In this document: in pieces, positions 39,260-48,040 of the stretch
Position numbering within the stretch: the stretch's first letter is position 1
Layout of the letters: every line of letters begins with the position of its first letter
Assembly: GCA_947629415.1 (NCBI GenBank)
Contig: CANRDP010000001.1
Coordinates: 11,290-75,289, forward strand
Origin: an uncultured Bacilli bacterium
Lineage (GTDB): Bacteria > Bacillota_I > Bacilli_A > RFN20 > CAG-449
DNA length: 64,000 nucleotides
Direction of reading: 5' to 3'
Translations under genes and position numbers: made by a program
Notes under the pieces: generated by a model
Seen by the model: the letters and a program-made list of their open reading frames with translations, nothing else
The model's database searches: none
Told to the model about the DNA's origin: nothing

Positions 39260-41719
39260 ATGAAAAAGAAAAAATATATATTACATATGTTCTTGACTCT
39301 CGGCTTATTTTCTTGTGCTTCTATGAATTTATCTGGAAATTCTACATCACAATATCAAGATTCGATAGTCTCAACAGGAGAAACAAGTATGGAAAATAGC
39401 AAGGATAGTTTAGATTCTTCCTCGATGTCTTCAACTTCTATGGTTACAGATGAATTCTCAAGTAGCAAGAGTTCTTCTAGTGAAATATCATCTTCTACTA
39501 AATCTTCCGATGGATCAAAAGTTTCTTCAAAGGATTCCACTTCCTCTTCCCGTAATACTTCCGATACCAGTGGATTAAGTTCGTCGCACAATTCTTCGAC
39601 TTCTCATAATTCAAGTGATAGTTCCATGAATTCAACAGAAAGTCTTACACCTCCGGCAGAAGATGAAACGGATTTATATCACCAAAAAAAAGATTATAGC
39701 AATTTATCTTTTGCCAATATGTTTCAGGGAAAATGGAATCGTCCGGGCCTTTATAATGAAGATGGAAGTATTCATAATATGCCTATCCCCGTAAAACAAA
39801 CGGGGAAAAAAATCGATGTAACTTCTTCCTCTTATGGAGCTATAGCAAATAATCCGGATAAAGATAATTACGAAGCTTTTAAAAAAGCTATTGAGGCCGC
39901 AAAAAGTGGAGATACTATCTATATTCCCAAAGGAAAATATTATTTTAAAAATTCTTTGAACAAATATGGATTTTATTCACAAATTTCTATTTTGAAAGAT
40001 AATATTACACTTCAAGGAGAATCGAAAGAAGAGACGATACTTATTTCTAATTTTGAAGAAAATTATAATCAATCAAAGAACACTACACTTATAGGAATTT
40101 TAAATGCTCATCAAGTAGCGATAAAAGATGTAACGATATCTTCTGTAGTAACCGATGATTTGTTACCGGATATCGATGATAGTAAAGCCAATCCAAAAAC
40201 ATATTTAGCTCCAAGATATGGTATTGTGGTTTCCACAAATAAAGAGGCTACAAAGGCCAGTGAACAGACAAAAAATGTTTTAATTGAAAATTGCATTATT
40301 GAAAAATTTCTCAGATCCGGAGTTCGTATTGATTGTGCTCAGGAAACTATTGTTTCATCTTGTACTGTTCAAAAAGCCACCGGTCTTGGCGGTGGAGGTG
40401 CCGGATATGGTATAGATATTCAGGGATATAAAAATAATTATAATGATTTAGTTGATGGAAAAGGTTATCTGGATACGTGCTTTAATGTTGTCACAGAGTG
40501 TCAATTTGTCGGCCCTTATATTCGGCATGGTGCATTGATTCAATATCATGCCCATAATAATCTCATACATAAAAATACATTCAAGGGAACGTTACTGGAT
40601 TCTATTGATATGCATGGGGAAGATGAATATTCCAATGAAATCTGCCATAATGATATTGACAATTCTCGGAATGGTGCCTGCATCGGTTTGGGAAATACCG
40701 GTGGTGGAGACGAAGGTGCTGCTATCGGAGGGAATCGTCATGACGCTTCGGGAAGAAATCATTTTATTCACGATAATGTTTTAAAAAATTCGAAACGGGC
40801 TATTGACATTATGCTGGATACTCCGAATACATTTATTTACAATAACATCATCGATAACATACAAACGACAGGAATTAAAATCACGAGTTCGCAAGGGGTA
40901 TATATTTTGCAAAATCAAATATCAAATATCATGAAGAATGAAACCATTTTAATTGATTATGATGAAATTAAATCCTATACATTAAAGAATTATGATATTT
41001 CCGAAAATACATTCACCAATTGTAAAACGGGAATTTATTCGCAGCAAAATATTACGGATATTACCGTAAAGAATAATAAATTCACGAATGTAACGACACC
41101 TGTCGGGGGAACGATTCCTCAAAATCAGATAGGGGAGACTACTCTTCCCGAAAGTGATGATTTTTTAAATCCTGTCTTTGGAAAAGAAGTATTACCTATC
41201 GATAATTCTTATATTGAATATAAATCTTTAGACACTGTTGTCACTTTAAATAGTACTTTAAAATTAAGATCGGGAAATGCCAGAAGTGATGCCAATCGAA
41301 TTCCATATCTTTTATGGAATAAATCAAATATGCCATCAAATTATCAAAAAGTTTATTTAAGTTTCACTATAAAAGTACAAAATGCAACGCCGACGATAAA
41401 TATTTTTACAAATACAACCTACACCAGTTGGTCCGGTTCGACGTTAACTTGGAATAATTCTAAATTACACCAGAGTGAATTTGCCACTATAAAAAACACG
41501 AGTGATGATCCGATAAATTCTTTGATTGATTTTACAATTCCCGAAGGATATGGTGATTATTCATTTCATACCTTCTATATAAATGTGACTGAAGCATTTC
41601 AAAAGATACCGAATAGTTTATTTACCATGATTATAACGAATGAGGCAAAAGAAAATGTTTATATGGAAATCCAAAATCTTAAATCCGAGAATTCCATGAA
41701 ATTTATCTTTGTAAATTAA
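39260..41719 (+). CDS. Paralogous Pectate_lyase_3-type beta-helix lipoprotein with a Ser-rich linker of about 110 aa
   Basis: Lipobox LGLFSCAS. Motifs SYGAIANNPDKDNYEAFKKAIEAAKSGDTIYIPKGKYYF, GGGGAGYG and DSIDMHGEDEYSNEI are shared with the upstream gene, as is the C-terminal domain. Confidence 0.5.
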   Translation: MKKKKYILHMFLTLGLFSCASMNLSGNSTSQYQDSIVSTGETSMENSKDSLDSSSMSSTSMVTDEFSSSKSSSSEISSSTKSSDGSKVSSKDSTSSSRNTSDTSGLSSSHNSSTSHNSSDSSMNSTESLTPPAEDETDLYHQKKDYSNLSFANMFQGKWNRPGLYNEDGSIHNMPIPVKQTGKKIDVTSSSYGAIANNPDKDNYEAFKKAIEAAKSGDTIYIPKGKYYFKNSLNKYGFYSQISILKDNITLQGESKEETILISNFEENYNQSKNTTLIGILNAHQVAIKDVTISSVVTDDLLPDIDDSKANPKTYLAPRYGIVVSTNKEATKASEQTKNVLIENCIIEKFLRSGVRIDCAQETIVSSCTVQKATGLGGGGAGYGIDIQGYKNNYNDLVDGKGYLDTCFNVVTECQFVGPYIRHGALIQYHAHNNLIHKNTFKGTLLDSIDMHGEDEYSNEICHNDIDNSRNGACIGLGNTGGGDEGAAIGGNRHDASGRNHFIHDNVLKNSKRAIDIMLDTPNTFIYNNIIDNIQTTGIKITSSQGVYILQNQISNIMKNETILIDYDEIKSYTLKNYDISENTFTNCKTGIYSQQNITDITVKNNKFTNVTTPVGGTIPQNQIGETTLPESDDFLNPVFGKEVLPIDNSYIEYKSLDTVVTLNSTLKLRSGNARSDANRIPYLLWNKSNMPSNYQKVYLSFTIKVQNATPTINIFTNTTYTSWSGSTLTWNNSKLHQSEFATIKNTSDDPINSLIDFTIPEGYGDYSFHTFYINVTEAFQKIPNSLFTMIITNEAKENVYMEIQNLKSENSMKFIFVN

Positions 41720-41728
41720 GGAGAGTAT

Positions 41729-42727
41729 ATGAAAAAAATTGCATTTTTCAATGTTGCCGAATTAAAAAAATATCAAGATGGATATATATTATATCGCTAT
41801 CCGTCGGATGTAATCCGTACGCTGGGATATCACGAAAATGTCAAAGGAAGAGTAAAGGCCAAACTTCCTACAATGTGTGAGATGCGTTTTCATACGGAAG
41901 AAACATCTTTTCAAATGACTTTCAAAGCTTTGGATGCGGATAGTCATATACATCTTTATGTCGAAGGATTTCAATCAAGTTCAATACCTTTGAAAAAAGG
42001 AAAAAAAGAGAAAATTACTTTTACTCTTCACCCACGATTTGTAGAACATCATAAAGATGTCTCTGATCAAGATGGATATGATATTCGATTCATCTTTGAT
42101 AATTCTTCTCGGATTGTTTGTTATGATGTAGATCAAGAGGATATTGTAGAGGAAAAAAACCTACCTTATGTTCTTTACGGAAGTTCAATTTCTCAAGGTA
42201 TAGGAGCTCATGACATATTTCATTCTTATGCTTTCCAATTACAACAGAGACTGAATGTAGATATTTTAAATAAAGGATTATCGGGATCGTGTCTTTTGGA
42301 AAGAAAAGCAATCCGATATCTTTCATCGCTTCCTTGTAAAGGATATATTTTGGAAATTGGATGCAATGTTCGGGGAGTTATGGAAACGGAAGAATTTGAA
42401 AAGCGTTTCTCTTATCTTATAAATACTTTAGTAAAAGCACATCCAAAGGAACCAATCTTTGTCATTAATATATTGGATATGTTTGAAAACTTATATAAAG
42501 ATTTTAAAGATATTCCTTATCATCAAAAAAATTTGGAAATTATTCGGATAATTCAAGAAAAGATACATAAAAAAAGAAAAAAGAATTTGTATTTGATTTC
42601 AGGAAAAAATTTAATAGAAAATATTTATGGAATCAGTGGAGATTTATTGCACCCATCGGATATCGGACATGAAGAAATGAGTATAAAACTTGCTAAAATA
42701 ATTAAAGAAATATTAAAGGAGGATTAG
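41729..42727 (+). CDS. Cytoplasmic SGNH-hydrolase-type esterase with an N-terminal beta-sandwich
   Basis: GSSISQG (block I, Ser nucleophile) and DLLHPSDIGH (block V DxxH). There is no signal peptide. Confidence 0.45.
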   Translation: MKKIAFFNVAELKKYQDGYILYRYPSDVIRTLGYHENVKGRVKAKLPTMCEMRFHTEETSFQMTFKALDADSHIHLYVEGFQSSSIPLKKGKKEKITFTLHPRFVEHHKDVSDQDGYDIRFIFDNSSRIVCYDVDQEDIVEEKNLPYVLYGSSISQGIGAHDIFHSYAFQLQQRLNVDILNKGLSGSCLLERKAIRYLSSLPCKGYILEIGCNVRGVMETEEFEKRFSYLINTLVKAHPKEPIFVINILDMFENLYKDFKDIPYHQKNLEIIRIIQEKIHKKRKKNLYLISGKNLIENIYGISGDLLHPSDIGHEEMSIKLAKIIKEILKED

Positions 42728-42730
42728 CAA

Positions 42731-43873
42731 ATGAAAGAAGTAAAAGAGGTAAATCAAATAGTAGAGAAAGAAGAGGAAACATCCTTTATTTCTTTACGCC
42801 ATATCAATAAGATTTATGATAATAAAGTTCAGGCGGTATTTGATTTTAATTTGGAAATCAAACCATACGAATTCATCGTATTTGTCGGCCCTTCCGGATG
42901 TGGTAAATCGACGACGCTTCGTATGATCGCGGGACTTGAAGAAATCACTAGTGGTGAGCTCTATATCAATGGAGTTTTATCCAATCATGTTCCCCCGAAA
43001 GATCGGGATATTGCCATGGTCTTTCAATCTTATGCTTTATATCCTCATATGACTGTTTATGAAAATATGGCATATGGTTTAAAAATAAAAAGAATCCCCG
43101 AAGAAGAAATTCGCAAAAGAGTACTTAGAGCAGCGAAAATATTAAAACTTGGAGAATATTTAGATCGTAAACCGGGACAATTGTCCGGAGGACAATGTCA
43201 ACGAGTAGCTTTAGGAAGAGCTATTGTGAGAAATGCCAAGGCCTTTTTGATGGATGAACCGCTTTCTAATTTAGATGCTAAATTGAGAGTTCAAATGCGA
43301 GGTGAACTGGCAAAACTTCATAAAAGATTAAAGGCTACGACGATTTATGTTACTCACGACCAAATAGAAGCAATGACCATGGCTTCAAGAATTGTCATTA
43401 TGAAAGATGGTAGAATTCAACAGATTGGTACACCAGAAGAAATTTACAGCAATCCGAATAATTTATTTGTGGCTACTTTTATCGGGAGTCCGGCAATGAA
43501 TATTTTAAAGTGCAAATATCATAAAGGAATACTTACTTTACCTAACGGTTTTGAAATCAAATTAAAAAAACCATTCATAGATGCGTGCAAAACTTATTAT
43601 AATGATAAGGATGATAGTGAAAGAGAAATCTACTTTGGTATACGTCCTGAATGTATTTTAGAAGAAAAGAGTGCTCATTCTTTTAAAGGAAAGATTGTAG
43701 TAGCAGAACTTTTGGGACATGAATATTATATTCATATTGCTATGCAAGATCAGATTATGATTGCCAAACTTCCATCGACAAAAGAAATCAAAGTAGGAGA
43801 AGAGATTGATCTTTCATTTAATTTAGATAAAATGCATCTTTTTGATGTCGAAACAACCAAACGAATTCTTTAA
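42731..43873 (+). CDS. Sugar ABC transporter ATP-binding protein, MsmK/MalK type (copy 2)
   Basis: Walker A GPSGCGKST, LSGGQCQRVALGRA and FLMDEPLSNLD. It is a paralog of 26017-27111 with a 25-aa N-terminal extension. Confidence 0.85.
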   Translation: MKEVKEVNQIVEKEEETSFISLRHINKIYDNKVQAVFDFNLEIKPYEFIVFVGPSGCGKSTTLRMIAGLEEITSGELYINGVLSNHVPPKDRDIAMVFQSYALYPHMTVYENMAYGLKIKRIPEEEIRKRVLRAAKILKLGEYLDRKPGQLSGGQCQRVALGRAIVRNAKAFLMDEPLSNLDAKLRVQMRGELAKLHKRLKATTIYVTHDQIEAMTMASRIVIMKDGRIQQIGTPEEIYSNPNNLFVATFIGSPAMNILKCKYHKGILTLPNGFEIKLKKPFIDACKTYYNDKDDSEREIYFGIRPECILEEKSAHSFKGKIVVAELLGHEYYIHIAMQDQIMIAKLPSTKEIKVGEEIDLSFNLDKMHLFDVETTKRIL

Positions 43874-43915
43874 AGATAAGAAAATACGATATCGGATAAG
43901 TTATTTAAATAAATA

Positions 43916-43958
43916 AGTGCAACAATTTATCATTTTTTTGATTTATATTGTTGCACTT
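43916..43958. repeat. 12-bp inverted repeat AAGTGCAACAAT/ATTGTTGCACTT with a 19-nt loop
   Basis: A perfect inverted repeat. It overlaps copy B of the 45-nt element and may act as a terminator for the upstream operon. Confidence 0.4.
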
Positions 43959-43974
43959 GCTTTTATAATTAACG
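43930..43974. repeat. 45-nt intergenic element, copy B
   Basis: TCATTTTTTTGATTTATATTGTTGCACTTGCTTTTATAATTAACG, versus copy A at 14984-15028. Confidence 0.5.
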
Positions 43975-44003
43975 GTTTAATTATTTAATTATGACAAAGA
44001 TTA

Positions 44004-44184
44004 GCATGAAGAAAAAAATTTAAAGTGATAACAAACATTTTTATAGAAGAAAGAAAAAAATAATATCAAAAAAATCGACTTTTTTCGACATTTATTTTTT
44101 AATTTTTTAATTTTTAAAACTTGACATGAAAAAAAATTTTTTTTAGAATAATAGCAAATATTTTTATAGAAGGGAGAAAACAAA
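44004..44184 (+). repeat. Duplicated A-rich promoter/leader module, two imperfect direct copies of about 60 nt
   Basis: 44004-44063 (CATGAAGAAAAAAATTTAAAGTGATAACAAACATTTTTATAGAAGAAAGAAAAAAA) and 44113-44184 (CATGAAAAAAAATTTTTTTTAGAATAATAGCAAATATTTTTATAGAAGGGAGAAAACAAA) are the two copies. The segment 44048-44078 also matches 11823-11853. Confidence 0.45.
44121..44150 (+). promoter_or_regulatory. Promoter of the 44185 operon
   Basis: TTGACA at 44121-44126, an 18-nt spacer, TAGAAT at 44145-44150. The RBS GGGAG lies 7 nt before ATG 44185. Confidence 0.45.
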
Positions 44185-44943
44185 ATGAAAATTAAAATTA
44201 TTATAACTTTATTATCGATGAATTTTTCGGTTTTATTACCTCCGACCACGGGAAATTCGGGTGCATCGGTTGTTGCCGATGGAAATACCGTTACGACTTA
44301 TATTGCGGGTCGTAGTTTTCAAACGAGTGGTTCGAATATCAGTTACGATAAGGAGCAAAATATCATTCGGGTTTATGGCGAACGATATCGCGTTTATGCG
44401 GTAGAAAAAAACTATGTTGCAGAGATTAACGTTTCCAGTCTTTCTTATCTTGCCGATCAAATTGTTAATTTATATAGTACTTATACGAATCCCAGCGGAA
44501 TATCGAAAATAAATTACACGATAACGAATGGCTTTACTCAGGATTATTCTTTATCTTTGCAATATGAAGTTACCGTAGGCTTAGCTTCAACCGTCGCTTT
44601 AGGAATTGAAATGCATGGTGTGGAAGGTACCACGGACATGAAAATGACAACCTCTTACACTTATGGAGGCGAGAAACGATATAGTTTAAGTTATTCTACG
44701 GAAATATCAAAAAGTGTGGAATTGCAATTAGATCAATTTCCATCCGATTATTATGTTAATTATGGTGAAGTCGCCGATATTTTGTCGGGAAAGGTAAGGA
44801 CATATGTACAGGAACATTGGTTTTTCGGTGTAGTTATTTCCGAAGATGAAACAAATAAGGACTTTCAATATTTATCCAATATCCGTGACTCTGTAATTTT
44901 GAAAGATGCGAATACCGGAGAAGAATATATTTATAATAATTAA
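44185..44943 (+). CDS. Secreted hypothetical protein, beta-rich
   Basis: N-terminal signal MKIKIIITLLSMNFSVLLPP... without a lipobox Cys. The 252-aa sequence is Tyr/Ser/Thr-rich. Confidence 0.4.
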   Translation: MKIKIIITLLSMNFSVLLPPTTGNSGASVVADGNTVTTYIAGRSFQTSGSNISYDKEQNIIRVYGERYRVYAVEKNYVAEINVSSLSYLADQIVNLYSTYTNPSGISKINYTITNGFTQDYSLSLQYEVTVGLASTVALGIEMHGVEGTTDMKMTTSYTYGGEKRYSLSYSTEISKSVELQLDQFPSDYYVNYGEVADILSGKVRTYVQEHWFFGVVISEDETNKDFQYLSNIRDSVILKDANTGEEYIYNN

Positions 44944-45061
44944 AAGAATATTTTCCGTTTTTTAAATTTTAAGAATATAAAATATCTTATCCAGGGCAAT
45001 TTTTGAAGATAAAAATCCCATAAAATAATTTTTGAAAATTATTTTTTGCATAAGAGGAAAA

Positions 45062-46078
45062 ATGAAACTTGTTTGGAAAAGAATAAAATATTATCGCTTA
45101 GAAAAAATATTGATGTTGCTCTATTTTGTTTTTAATTCGTGCTTTATTTTTATTATGTCCAATACTTTTTATGAAAAAGCAATAGGACCGGCGACACTAT
45201 ATGATAATTTGATAAATGAAGTTTATTATGGAAATTTTTTATACGACGATACCATTCAAGCGTTTCATTTTCCCTTAATTCATTGCCAAAAAGAAAATAT
45301 CGTCATTAATGGGGATGTCTATGAAGTTTATATTACAAATGGAGATTTGACTCCTTATGGAATACCGATAGGGAATGATATTTATTTTCCGGTTTCTTTC
45401 CCAAATAAAGCAGAAAATCACCATGTCTATCTGGAAAAACCCATTGCAGGATTTGAAGAATATATTTCTTTGAATTACAGCGATTTTACCATTGGTTCTT
45501 TTTCGGTATCTTGGAAAAATTATCAAAGTTTTTTTAGTTCTTACACACCGAATAATAGTTTTATTTTATTTTATGATGAAGATTATTCTTTCACGTATCC
45601 GGATTTCACCATTATAAATCCTGATGGTCAGGAATTAACCGAGAAAGAAAAGGAAATTATACATAATTTATCCACGAAAATAGAACCGAAGTTATCCACA
45701 GGGGAAAAAATTAAAGCAGATCATTTTGCACAAAATTCAATTTTTCTTATTCTTTTGAGTGTAGCTCTTGTTTTACCGACAATAACTTCCATCATTTTAT
45801 TTTTTCAAATACAAAAAAGTATGACCTATGCACATCAATCCAATTGGAAGTTGTTTGATTTATTGGGGATTTCTTCCGCGAAATTATATGGAATTATTCT
45901 TTTGGAAAATTCCATTACGATTTTATCCGGTTTTGTTATAGGAATAGGTATCGGTCTTGTGATTTTATCTTTCCTTTCCATTCTCCCGAATTTTCTTTTA
46001 ATTTTAAGTATTTTCTTATTTTATGTTCTAACCATTTTATATGTAACACGACGAAGCGAAAAAAAGTGTTTAAAATAA
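45062..46078 (+). CDS. FtsX/MacB-type ABC permease (1 TM, large extracytoplasmic domain, 3 C-terminal TM)
   Basis: The topology matches FtsX-like permeases. ATG 45062 follows the RBS AAGAGGAAAA. Confidence 0.5.
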   Translation: MKLVWKRIKYYRLEKILMLLYFVFNSCFIFIMSNTFYEKAIGPATLYDNLINEVYYGNFLYDDTIQAFHFPLIHCQKENIVINGDVYEVYITNGDLTPYGIPIGNDIYFPVSFPNKAENHHVYLEKPIAGFEEYISLNYSDFTIGSFSVSWKNYQSFFSSYTPNNSFILFYDEDYSFTYPDFTIINPDGQELTEKEKEIIHNLSTKIEPKLSTGEKIKADHFAQNSIFLILLSVALVLPTITSIILFFQIQKSMTYAHQSNWKLFDLLGISSAKLYGIILLENSITILSGFVIGIGIGLVILSFLSILPNFLLILSIFLFYVLTILYVTRRSEKKCLK

Positions 46079-46096
46079 CAAGGAGAGAAAAGCAAC

Positions 46097-46753
46097 ATGA
46101 TAAAATTAGATGTTTATAAAAAGTATGATAATCAACATAAATTTCATTATGATATGGAAATAGGCGATGGTTCTATGATTTGTATTCAGGGAAAATCGGG
46201 AAGCGGAAAAACAACTTTATTAAATATTATTGGACTGATTGATTTGAATTACCAAGGTGAATACTTTTTTTCGACTGAGGAAAAAACATTTAAAATTCAT
46301 GAATTAAAAGGAAAACAAATCCGAAAAATACGTAATCAGGAAATCGGTTTTGTTTTTCAAGATAATAATTTGCTTGATTATTTAAATGTTTATGAAAATA
46401 TTTTATTACCATTCTCTTTTCAAAAAAGAAATCCGAATTATGAAGAAGTCGATGAAATCATGAATTATTTGGGAATAGCATCGTTAAAAGAAAGAAAAGT
46501 ATCCACGTTATCGGGAGGAGAAAAACAAAGGGTTGCTATTGCTCGTGCTTTGGCATTAAAAGAAAAAATCATTTTGGCAGACGAACCAACAGGTTCTTTA
46601 GATGAATACAATGCGGATCTGGTGATGAATCTTTTTAAAAATATTAACGAAACATATAAGATTACGATCATTATTGTGACGCATAGTACTCGTTATAATC
46701 ATCTGTTTCAAAAATGTTATTTGTTGGAAGAAGGAAAATTATGCAATCTTTAA
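46097..46753 (+). CDS. ABC transporter ATP-binding protein, MacB/LolD type
   Basis: Walker A GKSGSGKTTLLN, signature LSGGEKQRVAIARAL, Walker B IILADEPTGSLD. Confidence 0.8.
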   Translation: MIKLDVYKKYDNQHKFHYDMEIGDGSMICIQGKSGSGKTTLLNIIGLIDLNYQGEYFFSTEEKTFKIHELKGKQIRKIRNQEIGFVFQDNNLLDYLNVYENILLPFSFQKRNPNYEEVDEIMNYLGIASLKERKVSTLSGGEKQRVAIARALALKEKIILADEPTGSLDEYNADLVMNLFKNINETYKITIIIVTHSTRYNHLFQKCYLLEEGKLCNL

Positions 46754-47952
46754 AAGATATCTCGTCTTATGCTCGATATCCTCGTTTTAAAATGCATACG
46801 CTTTATCTGCATTTATTTTTTATTTTTTTATTGTACTTTCTTTTAATCGGATTACGTTCGGTACTGTTTTTAAATGTTGAAGCGGTATATCATGATATGG
46901 GTCCGAATTCTTTTTATATATCCATGGAACAAGAACAAATAGAACCCTGTAATGATTTCATTCATCAATTATATCCGGATGTTGAAACATCGGAATTTGT
47001 GCAACAAAATATTCAAATACCATGGTATATGTATTCTAATAGCGATGATTTTTACGAATACGAAGAACAGCATCCTTATAGCGGTAGGATCGATGACATC
47101 ATTCATACGGATGATGTGTCCAATTTTTATCGCCAAGAATATTATTGTTCCTTAGATATATTTACGAATCTGGAAAATGGTGCCATTTTGTATGATAAAG
47201 TAGCCGAAGAAATCTTCGGTTATTCCGATGAACGATTGCTTTCGCAAAAAATCAGTGTGCGCATCGACCCCCTAGGATTTGAAAAAGCTTTTATTGAAGA
47301 ATATCCGATTTCTGGCGTTTATCACTTAAAAAAAGTGGATACCATTTTTACCACCTCCAAATATAATGCCGGGCGAGCTATATTGCACTATACAAAAAAT
47401 TATAATAATTATAATGGCACTCATTATGTTAAATATACTTCGACGCATTTTGATTCTTTGACAGAGTATGACAAAGTAAATCGATTATTAAGTGCACAAC
47501 ATTTACCCTTGATTGATGATGCTTATATTTATGATTCGAGTTTTCATATGAAAACATGCGAGCTTATCAATATAGTTATTGATTTTAGTTTTACTTTTAC
47601 GATGTTCGTATTAGCAACCAAAACCATCATTTTATATTTATTGAAATTTAATCAAGAAAAGAATTTATTCCATATACGCAGATTATTGGGAGAAACACCG
47701 AAGCATTTCTTTTTCTTTCTTTTTCTTTCCATGCTGTTTGTGGCTTTGCCGTTTCTTATCTTTGGCTTTTCTTTCTCCTTGCTTTTGAAAGCACTTTTGG
47801 AACAATTTACTTTCCTTCTGTTCCCGAGTTATGCGACCTATTTTATGCATTTTGGAATAGTAACTGCCGTGATGATCGTTATTTTCTTACTTTTAACGAT
47901 TTTCACCATGCTTTTATTAAAAAATAAAAAAGAAAAAGAAAAAATATCTTAA
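46741..47952 (+). CDS. Second FtsX/MacB-type ABC permease
   Basis: TM1 (LFFIFLLYFLLIGL), then an extracytoplasmic domain of about 230 aa, then 3 TM helices at the C-terminus. ATG 46741 follows the RBS GAAGGAAAA. Confidence 0.5.
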   Translation: MQSLKDISSYARYPRFKMHTLYLHLFFIFLLYFLLIGLRSVLFLNVEAVYHDMGPNSFYISMEQEQIEPCNDFIHQLYPDVETSEFVQQNIQIPWYMYSNSDDFYEYEEQHPYSGRIDDIIHTDDVSNFYRQEYYCSLDIFTNLENGAILYDKVAEEIFGYSDERLLSQKISVRIDPLGFEKAFIEEYPISGVYHLKKVDTIFTTSKYNAGRAILHYTKNYNNYNGTHYVKYTSTHFDSLTEYDKVNRLLSAQHLPLIDDAYIYDSSFHMKTCELINIVIDFSFTFTMFVLATKTIILYLLKFNQEKNLFHIRRLLGETPKHFFFFLFLSMLFVALPFLIFGFSFSLLLKALLEQFTFLLFPSYATYFMHFGIVTAVMIVIFLLLTIFTMLLLKNKKEKEKIS

Positions 47953-48040
47953 AAATTATTCTTGTTGAAATGGATATTTCACATAGAATTTTTTCTTTTG
48001 TTTTTGTATAATGAACAAGGATAATCAAGGAGAGTTTTTT

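Noticed and set aside
39355-39591. 78-aa minus-strand ORF rich in E/L
   Set aside because: Antisense of the Ser/Thr-rich linker of the 39260 lipoprotein.
44004-44184. Direct repeats as a CRISPR array
   Set aside because: Only two imperfect AT-rich copies are present. They are promoter-like and there are no spacers or cas genes.
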